Below are positions 13,184 through 21,565 of a stretch of DNA of 32,000 nt, one piece after another (positions within the stretch are counted from its first letter, which is position 1; each line of letters opens with the position of its first letter). Below the pieces are notes generated by a model that was not told the origin of the DNA, made no database searches, and saw only the letters and a program-made list of their open reading frames with translations. Location: positions 1 to 32,000 of the forward strand of contig JAGLRQ010000064.1 in NCBI GenBank assembly GCA_023136205.1. The letters run 5' to 3'. Made by a program: the position numbers and the translations under genes. The stretch comes from Candidatus Auribacterota bacterium. Its GTDB lineage: Bacteria; Auribacterota; UBA6266.

Positions 13184-13765
13184 ATGAAAAAGTTGTTGTT
13201 AGTTTTTACTGCGCTGTTTCTTATGTCCGGTTTTGCGGCCGCCCAGGACGATTTTACCGAGCATTTATATGGAAAAGGGCAGGCAAGCTGGGCTGTTGCT
13301 TCTGAGAGCGATTTTGAAAATGGTTGGGCAACTCTATTCGGGGTCGGCTATGACTTCAACGACTACATAGCTCTTGAAATAGAATCAGGTTTTGTCACAT
13401 TTGATGTTGAAAATGTTGTTCTGAACAGAGGAACCGGCAAAATCGAAACAGTCCCCCTGCTTTTTAATATTGTCGCGGGATATCCATGGGAACAGTACAA
13501 GCCGTACGCGACGATTGGAATCGGCTACGCGTTTAACGACTTCAACAGCAATACTACGGGTTTAAAAGCTGATCCTAAAAATTCTATCCTCGGTAAATTT
13601 GGTGTAGGTATTGATTATTATTACGCTGATAATGTCGCAATATTTTTTGAAGGTTCCTACCTCTTGAATGCCGGCGATACTACCTTCAAATTGGATGGAA
13701 ACAGTAAAGACTACAGCAACTTAAGCACTTGGCTTATCGGTGGCGGTATTAAATTAAGATTCTAA
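13184..13765 (+). CDS. small outer-membrane beta-barrel protein, paralog B
   Basis: Signal peptide ends in GFAAA-QD. Blocks shared with 10054-10653 include TVPLLFN..GYP, KFG.G.D.Y...NVA...EG.Y and TWL.GGG.K..F. The C-terminal residue is Phe. Confidence 0.8.
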   Translation: MKKLLLVFTALFLMSGFAAAQDDFTEHLYGKGQASWAVASESDFENGWATLFGVGYDFNDYIALEIESGFVTFDVENVVLNRGTGKIETVPLLFNIVAGYPWEQYKPYATIGIGYAFNDFNSNTTGLKADPKNSILGKFGVGIDYYYADNVAIFFEGSYLLNAGDTTFKLDGNSKDYSNLSTWLIGGGIKLRF

Positions 13766-13767
13766 AA

Positions 13768-13793
13768 GAAAATAGGGAAAGTCCCAAGCGAGC
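13768..13793 (+). repeat. partial (left-arm only) copy of the REP-like hairpin element
   Basis: GAAAATAGGGAAAGTCCCAAGCGAGC matches the 5' half of the full copies that follow. Confidence 0.85.
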
Positions 13794-13796
13794 AAG

Positions 13797-13853
13797 AAAA
13801 ATAGGGAAAGTCCCAAGCGAGCGAAGCGAGTGCGTGGACTGTCCCCATTTTTC
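13797..13853 (+). repeat. REP-like hairpin element, copy 1 (terminator-like)
   Basis: Arms GGGAAAGTCC (13804-13813) and GGACTGTCCC (13836-13845) around a 22-nt GC-rich loop, then a T-run. About 49 nt are identical to copy 2. Confidence 0.9.
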
Positions 13854-13919
13854 TCATGGGAGAGATCTTATCTTCTTTTAATCATTGAAGAATGCCCGTT
13901 AATTTGTTAAATTCTCCGC

Positions 13920-15068
13920 ATGTCAAAATTTAAAAGTTTATTTTTTACGTGCATTATTTGTTTTTTGTTTTTTTCTTCTTTTCTTTTTGCCGATATTCTT
14001 TGCGGCAAAACATATCAGCAAACCCTTCGTGAATATATAACCCGGGCTAAAGGCTCGATTGTGGTTGCGATGTACTTCATTATTCTGGAGCCGGGAGGGG
14101 GTGGCCCGATAAATGAACTGGTTGATGATCTCGTAGATGCTAAAAAGCGGGGGGTTGATGTCAGGGTGATTTTGGAAGATTCAAAGTTTAAAGAAAATCG
14201 CCTTGCTTATCAAAAATTAAAAGAAAACGGTATTATTGTATATTTTGATACTCCGGAACATCTCTTACATGTAAAGGGTGTTGTTATTGATGACAGGTAT
14301 GTATTTATAGGTAGTGCCAACTGGTCAAGGGCGGCGATAGAAGATAATTATGAAGTTACATGTTTTTCGGATTCTTTGGAGGATGGCCTTGCTTTTAAAG
14401 AGTATGTTGAGGGGATCCCTTTTCAGAATAAAGATATGTTTCTGCCTTCAGTTGAAGGTGTTGCTATTTCTTCGGATTTCCTTCTTTTGCCTGAAACAGG
14501 CCGCAGGCTTCTTAAAAGCCAGGCTGTAAAGCAGTTAGATCTTTATTTGCTGTTATTCAGGATACGGCGGGAGAGCGGGGAGGCTGCTTTTGATGTTGAT
14601 TATGATGTTTTGGCTAAAGCGATGGGTTATACGGTTCGCGGGAAGTTAGGAAAATACCGTAATCAGCATCATTACTTCTATGAAAGGATACATCGCTTAT
14701 TGGTGCGTCTCAGGCGCTACGGCCTTATTGATTATAAGAAAGGGGTAGTTTCTTTAAATACTAAGGATAGCCCATCTATAATAATTCCTTTTGAATACTG
14801 GGATTATACCGGGGAGCTTTCCATGCGGGCAAAGTATATGTATCTGATTTGTCTATACGAAGCCGGCCGTTCCAGCCGGTATCCTTGCTGGTTCCGCAGT
14901 CAGAAGGATATGGAAAAACTTTACGGTATAAGTGATACTACCATTTCTTTGGGATTGCTGGAACTTGAGGAGAAAGGTATAATCGAAGTTTTTAGGGACA
15001 AGCTAACTCCTCCTGATTTTTCTGATAGGAAAGCTAATGTATATAAAATACTTGGTTTTCCCGGTTAA
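13920..15068 (+). CDS. PLD-superfamily (single HKD, Nuc-like) protein with N-terminal signal/anchor and two C-terminal winged-helix-like domains
   Basis: The HKD motif LHVKGVVIDDRYVFIGSANWS has its His codon at 14268. The N-terminus SLFFTCIICFLFFSSFLFA is hydrophobic. The C-terminal half has wHTH-like segments such as YGISDTTISLGLLELEEKGIIEV. Confidence 0.75.
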   Translation: MSKFKSLFFTCIICFLFFSSFLFADILCGKTYQQTLREYITRAKGSIVVAMYFIILEPGGGGPINELVDDLVDAKKRGVDVRVILEDSKFKENRLAYQKLKENGIIVYFDTPEHLLHVKGVVIDDRYVFIGSANWSRAAIEDNYEVTCFSDSLEDGLAFKEYVEGIPFQNKDMFLPSVEGVAISSDFLLLPETGRRLLKSQAVKQLDLYLLLFRIRRESGEAAFDVDYDVLAKAMGYTVRGKLGKYRNQHHYFYERIHRLLVRLRRYGLIDYKKGVVSLNTKDSPSIIIPFEYWDYTGELSMRAKYMYLICLYEAGRSSRYPCWFRSQKDMEKLYGISDTTISLGLLELEEKGIIEVFRDKLTPPDFSDRKANVYKILGFPG

Positions 15069-15086
15069 GGTGCCTGAGGAAATAGA

Positions 15087-15143
15087 GAAAATAGGGAAAG
15101 TCCCAAGCGAGCGAAGCGAGTGCGTGGACTGTCCCCTTTTTCT
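15087..15143 (+). repeat. REP-like hairpin element, copy 2 (terminator-like)
   Basis: Same sequence as copy 1, with arms at 15094-15103 and 15126-15135 and a T-run at 15137-15141. Confidence 0.9.
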
Positions 15144-15494
15144 TCCTAACTTTCTCGACGACAAACTCCTTCCCATCAGATAAATATCTGGTATAATTTT
15201 TTATTGATAAAGCGATTGTAGTATATCCCGCTTGAACAACCGCATTTTAAATTATCCATTAAGAAAGAAGCGCCTTTTGCGCCAGAAAAATCTCCTCTAA
15301 AAGCCCAAGGGTACCCGCAATTATTCAAAAATGTCAAAATTTTAGAAGATGGAGAAGTGTCCAATTTATGTTAATATGCTTCTATAAAATGAGTTATGTA
15401 TTATGAATAACAAGAAATCTGGATTCGCAGAACGATTTTTCGCTTGGTTATTTGAACCGGTGAATGATATTGTTGAAGATGCAACCGACTCAAA

Positions 15495-15552
15495 GAAAAT
15501 GGGGAAAGTCCCAAGCGAGCGCAGTGAGCGGGTGGACTGTCCCTTTTTTCTT
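15495..15552 (+). repeat. REP-like hairpin element, copy 3 (diverged loop)
   Basis: Arms at 15502-15511 and 15534-15543 are conserved, the loop sequence has diverged, and a T6 run follows. It lies inside the track ORF 15403-15597. Confidence 0.85.
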
Positions 15553-15632
15553 AAAGAAGAGCAGTTGCTGAAAGAAGAAGATGAGGGAAGTGGATAGGAA
15601 ATAGGTGTCTGTTATTAATTCCGAATAATATT

Positions 15633-18155
15633 ATGGCAAAAGAAGCAAAAGCTCGTATACGCATAAACAAATATCTTGAAAATGCCGGATGGTGTTTTTT
15701 CGATACGGATACCGCCAAGGCTAATATATGCCTTGAAACAAACGTAAAGATTACCGAGCAAGTTCTTACTGATCTTGGTGAAGATTTTGAGAAAACAAAA
15801 AATGGATTTACTGATTATATTCTTTTAGATGATAAAGGATTTCCTTTTGTGGTTTTAGAGGCAAAAAAAGAGGACAAAGATCCTTTAGCCGGAAAAGAAC
15901 AAGCTCGCAAATATGCCAAAAACCTTAATGTTCGTTTTGTAATTTTATCTAACGGTAACCTTCATTATTTTTGGGATATTGAAACAGGCAATCCGCATAT
16001 CATTACCGCTTTCCCTACATATGAATCATTAACGTACAAAAAATCTTTCAAGCCTAATCCGGACAATCTAGTCCGTGAGTATATTGATTCAGATTATATT
16101 GCCATTACTCAAAAACCAGATTACAAGAGCGATCCTAATTGGATAGATGAGGATAGAAGAAATGATTTTATTATTGATAATAATCTCAAATTCCTAAGAG
16201 ATTATCAGATAAACGCTGTTAAATCTTTGCAAGACGCGGTAAAAGAAAATAAAAATCGATTTCTATTTGAAATGGCAACAGGCACAGGAAAAACGCTTGT
16301 TGCAGCAGGTGTAATTAAGTTATTTTTAAGAACAGGTAATGCAAAAAGGGTGCTTTTTCTTGTTGATAGGTTAGAGTTAGAGGATCAAGCATGGAAAAAT
16401 TTTGTAAAATACCTTAAAAATGATTATAAATCTGTAATTTACAAAGAAAATCGAGGTGATTGGAAAAAAGCTGAAATTGTAGTTTCCACTGTTCAATCAT
16501 TTCTTTTTAATAACAAGTATAAAGATTTATTCTCACCAACTGATTTTGATTTGGTTATATCCGACGAAGCTCATAGGTCGATAGGCGGCAACAGCCGGGC
16601 AGTGTTTGAATATTTCACTGGTTATAAATTAGGGCTCACCGCAACGCCAAAAGATTATTTAAAAAAGATTGACGAAAAGAAATTAGCTGAGAAAGACCCG
16701 CGTAAATTAGAAAGACGTCAGTTGCTTGATACTTACAAAACCTTTGGATGCGAGGCGAGCAATCCAACATTCAGGTATACTCTTTTGGATGGAGTAAAAG
16801 ACGATTATCTCGTAAACCCTATTGTTGTAGATGCCAGAACAGATATAACAACCGAATTGCTTTCAGAAATGGGCTATTCTGTACTAATAGAAAATGAGGA
16901 AGGCGAAGAGGAAGAAAAGACTTATTTCCAAAAGGATTTTGAACGAAAATTCTACTCAGAAAAGACTAACAGGACATTGTGCCGGACATTTTTAGAAAAA
17001 GCACTAAGAGACCCGTTAACTGGCGAGATTGGCAAAAGTATTATTTTTTGCGTTAGCCAAAATCACGCTTCGAAAATCACACAGATACTTAATGAGCTGG
17101 CACATAAGGTTTATCCGGGTAAATACAAATCTGATTTTGCGGTGCAAGTAATATCCCATATTGATGGCTCCCAGCAAATGACAATTAACTTTTCAAACAA
17201 TAATCTAAATGGGCATACAATCTTTAAGGACGGCTATAATTCCAGCAAGACCCGGGTGTGCGTTACCGTAGGGATGATGACAACAGGTTATGATTGTGAG
17301 GATATTTTAAATTTATGCCTAATGCGTCCTATCTTTTCCCCTCAAAATTTTATTCAGATGAAAGGGCGGGGAACCAGAAAATATGATTTTGTTTATAGCG
17401 AAAGAAACGAGCTGGGAAAGATAGAAAAATATGTGGTTAAAAAGGAGAGGTTTAAACTTTTTGATTTCTTTGCCAATTGCGAATATTTTGAAGAAAAATT
17501 TAATTATGATGAAGTTATAGAACTGCCACCGGAAACCGGAAAAGGGCCGGGGCCGTTTCCCCCGCCGTCACCATCGTATGAATATGAAAATACGCGTCTT
17601 GACCCCTTAAAAGAAATTGCCGAGACGCCTATAGGTTTTGAAGGCATGAAAATTGACCGGAAGTTTTTTGAGAAGTTTGAAGAAGTTGTTAAAGGTAATG
17701 AATATGTTAAAGACAAAATTTATGAAGGCAAATACGAAGAAGCCGAAAGCTATATAAAAAGAGAAGTTTTTGATAAACCGGAAGAATATTTTAACCTGGA
17801 TAAATTAAGAAGGTCAGTTAAACTTGACCGCCGGCTAAGTTTGCGTGAAATATTAGAGAAGATATTTGGACGCATTAAAAAATTTAAAACAAAGGATGAT
17901 TTGCTCGAAGAAGAAATTGAAAAATTTATCTCTCTTTATCATCCCGAAAATAAGTTTATTCATATTATACGCCAGTTTATGAAGGCATATATTTTAGATA
18001 CCGAGTTGCGGGAAATTTTGAACTCTAAAGAATATGGCAGGCTTGAAACTAATCCCGGCTTTACAATGAGGGATTTAAAAGAGCTTGATGGGTGGAAAGA
18101 CCCGGTTGTTGAGTATATAAAAGATTATGTGCCATTGAATGCCTTTGCGGCTTAA
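15633..18155 (+). CDS. hsdR: Type I-like restriction enzyme R subunit (PD-(D/E)xK nuclease plus SF2 helicase), short form
   Basis: The N-terminal nuclease motif is FTDY...VVLEAKK. Helicase motif I is EMATGTGKT (16281-16295), II is SDEAH (D311 at 16563), III is LGLTATP and VI is QMKGRGTRK. It lies directly upstream of the methylase/specificity gene. Confidence 0.88.
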   Translation: MAKEAKARIRINKYLENAGWCFFDTDTAKANICLETNVKITEQVLTDLGEDFEKTKNGFTDYILLDDKGFPFVVLEAKKEDKDPLAGKEQARKYAKNLNVRFVILSNGNLHYFWDIETGNPHIITAFPTYESLTYKKSFKPNPDNLVREYIDSDYIAITQKPDYKSDPNWIDEDRRNDFIIDNNLKFLRDYQINAVKSLQDAVKENKNRFLFEMATGTGKTLVAAGVIKLFLRTGNAKRVLFLVDRLELEDQAWKNFVKYLKNDYKSVIYKENRGDWKKAEIVVSTVQSFLFNNKYKDLFSPTDFDLVISDEAHRSIGGNSRAVFEYFTGYKLGLTATPKDYLKKIDEKKLAEKDPRKLERRQLLDTYKTFGCEASNPTFRYTLLDGVKDDYLVNPIVVDARTDITTELLSEMGYSVLIENEEGEEEEKTYFQKDFERKFYSEKTNRTLCRTFLEKALRDPLTGEIGKSIIFCVSQNHASKITQILNELAHKVYPGKYKSDFAVQVISHIDGSQQMTINFSNNNLNGHTIFKDGYNSSKTRVCVTVGMMTTGYDCEDILNLCLMRPIFSPQNFIQMKGRGTRKYDFVYSERNELGKIEKYVVKKERFKLFDFFANCEYFEEKFNYDEVIELPPETGKGPGPFPPPSPSYEYENTRLDPLKEIAETPIGFEGMKIDRKFFEKFEEVVKGNEYVKDKIYEGKYEEAESYIKREVFDKPEEYFNLDKLRRSVKLDRRLSLREILEKIFGRIKKFKTKDDLLEEEIEKFISLYHPENKFIHIIRQFMKAYILDTELREILNSKEYGRLETNPGFTMRDLKELDGWKDPVVEYIKDYVPLNAFAA

Positions 18156-18169
18156 AGGAAAATTACGAT

Positions 18170-20569
18170 ATGCTAACCAACGGAACAAAAAGACGCATTG
18201 ATACAGCAAGGGATATCCTTGTCGGAAAACTCCCTGACCCCAAGACACAGGTTGAACAGATTACCATAGCTCTTATTTATAAATTTATGGACGATATGGA
18301 CAAACAGTCTGAGGAATTGGGAGGAAGACCCAAATTTTTTACCGGTGAATACAAGAAATACTCATGGAGTAAGATTTTCGATCCTCGTGTGAGTGGGCAT
18401 GAACTTGTTGGTTTATATGGCGAAGCTGTTCAGCGGATGAATCAGAATCCGAATATCCCGCAGTTATTTAGGGATATTTTTAAAAATGCTTATTTGCCGT
18501 ATCGTGATCCTGAAACCTTAAAAAGTTTTCTTAAATGTATTGGCGAGTTTGAATATGACCATAGCGAGAAATTAGGAGATGCCTTTGAGTACCTGCTTTC
18601 TGTAATGGGCTCACAAGGCGATGCCGGACAGTTTAGGACGCCCAGACATATTATTGATTTTATAGTGAAGGTGGTTGACCCAGGAAAAAACGAGACTATT
18701 CTTGATCCCGCCTGCGGTACGGCCGGATTCTTGATTTCTTCGTATAAGCATATCTTAGAAAAAAATAAAAAAGACGGCCGGGTACATTTAACTCCAGCTC
18801 AAAAGAAAAGGCTCATTGAAAACTTTTCAGGTTATGATATTTCGCCGGATATGGTGAGATTGTCATTGGTTAATATGTATCTGCACGGGTTTAAGAATCC
18901 CAAAATCTATGAGTATGATACATTAACCTCAGAGGAAAAATGGCAGGAAGTATTTGATGTAATATTAGCAAATCCGCCGTTCATGAGCCCAAAAGGCGGG
19001 ATAAGGCCGCATAAACGGTTTAGTGTGCAGGCAAAGCGTTCGGAGGTGCTTTTTGTTGATTATATTACTGAGCACTTAAATCCTAACGGCCGGGCGGGCA
19101 TTATTGTTCCCGAAGGCATTATCTTTCAGTCAGGCACTGCTTATAAGAAACTGCGCAAGATGTTAGTCGACCGTTCACTTTATGTGGTTGTATCTTTGCC
19201 CGCGGGAGTGTTTAACCCTTACTCCGGAGTTAAGACATCAATATTGATGTTGGATAAAAATTTGGCAAAAAAGACGAATAGGATTTTATTTATAAAAATC
19301 AACAATGATGGCTTTGGGTTGGGCGCACAGAGAAGAGAGGTTAAGGGAAGCGATTTGCCATTGGCTTTAGAAGTAATCACGAGATACAAGCAGAGCATTA
19401 TTGAAAATAAAGAATTTGAGTTCAGTTCTGATGAAGCGAAGCTTGCCTCTCTGGTTGAGCAAACAAAAATCGCAGAAAGTGGAGATTATAATCTTAATGG
19501 TAATCGGTATTCAGTTTCAGAAATAACTACAACAGAATATCCAGTGGTGAAATTAGAGGAAGTGGCGAAGATTATCGCAGGGCAATCGCCAGAAGGAAAA
19601 TATTATAATTCTAAAAGTAAAGGAACTCCTTTTTATCAAGGGAAAACAGATTTTGGGAATATTTATCTTGGCAAACCTAGTAAGTGGACTACACGTGTTA
19701 CTAAGGTCGCTGTTGCTAATGATATTTTGATGTCAGTCAGAGCGCCTGTTGGCCCTGTGAATATTTGTAGCGATAAAATATGTATAGGAAGAGGTCTATC
19801 TGCTATTCACGTTGGAGATAGGATTAATTATAAATATTTATTTTATCTTCTGAAATCTAAAGAAAATGATATTAAAGGCGGTGGTGGTTCTGTCTTTGAT
19901 AGCATAAGTAGAAAACAGATTGAAAATATAAAAATCCCCCTTCCCTCGCTTGAAGTGCAGGAACAGATTATTGCCGAACTGGACAGTTATCAGAAAATAA
20001 TCGAGGGCGCGTGTCAGGTTGTCGAAAACTACAAACCGCATATTGATATTAATCCTGATTGGGAAATGGTGGAGTTTAAAAAAGTTTGTAGCTTTGAATA
20101 TGGAAGTAGTTTACCTTCAAAAAATCGAAAAGGCACTAAATATCCAGTTATGGGATCAAATGGTATTGCTGGTTATCATGATGATTATATAGTAAAAGGC
20201 CCTGCGATTATTATTGGCCGTAAAGGGTCAGCCGGAGAAGTTGTATGGGTTGACTCAAATTGTTTTCCAATTGATACAACATATTATGTTGAGCTGAAAG
20301 ATAAATCATATAGTTTCAAATTTTTATATTTCGTTCTACAAGGTCTTAACTTACCACAATTAAAAGGTGGTGCAGGTATCCCTGGCTTAAACAGAAACGA
20401 TGTATATAGGATATATAAGTTGCCTTATCCGTCCGTTGATATCCAAAAAAGAATTGTTGCCCAGATCGAAAAAGAACAAAAAGCAGTTGAAGCCACAAAA
20501 GATTTAATCACGCTCTTTGAACAAAAAATAAAACAAAAAATCAGAGAGATTTGGGGTAAAGAAAAATGA
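18170..20569 (+). CDS. hsdM: fused Type I methyltransferase-specificity protein (HsdM-HsdS in one polypeptide)
   Basis: The N-terminal ~440 aa hold the HsdM_N region, SAM motif ILDPACGTAGFL and catalytic NPPF (18971-18982). The C-terminal ~350 aa hold two HsdS-type TRDs (VVKLEEVAKIIAGQSP... and MVEFKKVCSFEYGSSLP...). Each TRD is followed by a conserved helix, LPSLEVQEQIIAELD or PSVDIQKRIVAQIEKEQ. Confidence 0.88.
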   Translation: MLTNGTKRRIDTARDILVGKLPDPKTQVEQITIALIYKFMDDMDKQSEELGGRPKFFTGEYKKYSWSKIFDPRVSGHELVGLYGEAVQRMNQNPNIPQLFRDIFKNAYLPYRDPETLKSFLKCIGEFEYDHSEKLGDAFEYLLSVMGSQGDAGQFRTPRHIIDFIVKVVDPGKNETILDPACGTAGFLISSYKHILEKNKKDGRVHLTPAQKKRLIENFSGYDISPDMVRLSLVNMYLHGFKNPKIYEYDTLTSEEKWQEVFDVILANPPFMSPKGGIRPHKRFSVQAKRSEVLFVDYITEHLNPNGRAGIIVPEGIIFQSGTAYKKLRKMLVDRSLYVVVSLPAGVFNPYSGVKTSILMLDKNLAKKTNRILFIKINNDGFGLGAQRREVKGSDLPLALEVITRYKQSIIENKEFEFSSDEAKLASLVEQTKIAESGDYNLNGNRYSVSEITTTEYPVVKLEEVAKIIAGQSPEGKYYNSKSKGTPFYQGKTDFGNIYLGKPSKWTTRVTKVAVANDILMSVRAPVGPVNICSDKICIGRGLSAIHVGDRINYKYLFYLLKSKENDIKGGGGSVFDSISRKQIENIKIPLPSLEVQEQIIAELDSYQKIIEGACQVVENYKPHIDINPDWEMVEFKKVCSFEYGSSLPSKNRKGTKYPVMGSNGIAGYHDDYIVKGPAIIIGRKGSAGEVVWVDSNCFPIDTTYYVELKDKSYSFKFLYFVLQGLNLPQLKGGAGIPGLNRNDVYRIYKLPYPSVDIQKRIVAQIEKEQKAVEATKDLITLFEQKIKQKIREIWGKEK

Positions 20570-21432
20570 CTACTGAGGAAATAGATCAAAGAATTAAAGG
20601 GTTAAGAGATTTAAATTTAAAAAATGAAATGTCCAAAGCTATATTTGAAGAGGTCTGGGATTTAATGAAGATTGGATATAAATGTATACACTTCCCGGGC
20701 TATCATAAATATGTATATCGAGCCAGGAAAAATGAAAAAACAAAAAACAAATTTACGTTTTTTAAACATGTAAAGAAAATATGGTGCCGCAATCCTGAGG
20801 ATGTATTGGATTTTGGACGTGTACATTGGCCAAAACATCCTGTTTTTTATTGTAGCGGTTCATTGAAAACTGCAATATTAGAAATAAAGCCGGATTATCA
20901 CGGCTTAGTTACTGTTATGAGATGTCGGAGGAAAAACTCGCATAAGATTGAATCTGTTGCTTTCGGATTTCCTGATAGAGCAAAATTTATAGACGGAAAA
21001 GGCAAGATAATTAATTGGGGTGAGTATAAAGAAGTAAAAATCGGGTTAAGTAAAGGCCAGGCTCAAAAGAATAATAAAATTGATAGATTTTTGAATGAAG
21101 TCTATCGGGATGAAGATAAAAATATAGACTCGTACGGAGATGATAAATATAAGATTACTGCAGCGATTGCAAAAATGTACTTTGATAATCCTGCTAAGAA
21201 TTCACATAAACTGGATTGTATATGTTATCCCAGCGTTAGTGAAGTGAAAGGGGCTACTAATTATGCTTTTACCAAAAGGGTTGCGGATACGATTTTAGAG
21301 CCGGACAGTTTTTATGTTTTTGAGATATGTCCGGGTGAGAAGTTTGGAAAGTTTGCGCTTAAACTAATTTGTTTTTCTATGAATGTTGATATGACAGGAA
21401 AAATTGCGTGGGAAAATATAATTATAAAATAA
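20566..21432 (+). CDS. RES-domain protein (predicted NAD+-targeting toxin-type enzyme)
   Basis: RES signature read by eye: YRARKNE, then FGRVHWPKHPVFYCSGSLKTAILEI (R85, E106), then CICYPSVSEVKGATNYAF (S223). Its ATG overlaps the hsdMS stop in an ATGA. Confidence 0.7.
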   Translation: MTTEEIDQRIKGLRDLNLKNEMSKAIFEEVWDLMKIGYKCIHFPGYHKYVYRARKNEKTKNKFTFFKHVKKIWCRNPEDVLDFGRVHWPKHPVFYCSGSLKTAILEIKPDYHGLVTVMRCRRKNSHKIESVAFGFPDRAKFIDGKGKIINWGEYKEVKIGLSKGQAQKNNKIDRFLNEVYRDEDKNIDSYGDDKYKITAAIAKMYFDNPAKNSHKLDCICYPSVSEVKGATNYAFTKRVADTILEPDSFYVFEICPGEKFGKFALKLICFSMNVDMTGKIAWENIIIK

Positions 21433-21565
21433 AATTATTATCGAGAAAAGTAGGGATGGTTTAACAATCTTAAAATTGGCATTCTTTAATCATCAGGCAG
21501 TGAAGCTCATTGAAGCGTGAGTTATGTGTAAAAGGGTTATTTAAAGTACATAAGGAGAAAAGTTA

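Noticed and set aside
15176-15364. 62-aa minus-strand ORF between REP copies 2 and 3
   Set aside because: It has no SD, no recognisable motif and an odd composition. I cannot support it as a gene, although a small regulator cannot be excluded without homology data.
13768-15552. Integron attC sites or cassette array as an explanation for the repeated hairpins flanking single genes
   Set aside because: The arms carry no GTTRRRY / RYYYAAC core sites and no intI integrase is in the window. The elements end in T-runs like terminators, so a REP/terminator reading fits better.
15403-15597. 64-aa + strand ORF between the PLD gene and hsdR
   Set aside because: Its middle third is simply the translation of REP-like hairpin copy 3 (GKVPSERSERVDCPFF). 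There is no SD, so this is most likely non-coding leader or terminator sequence.
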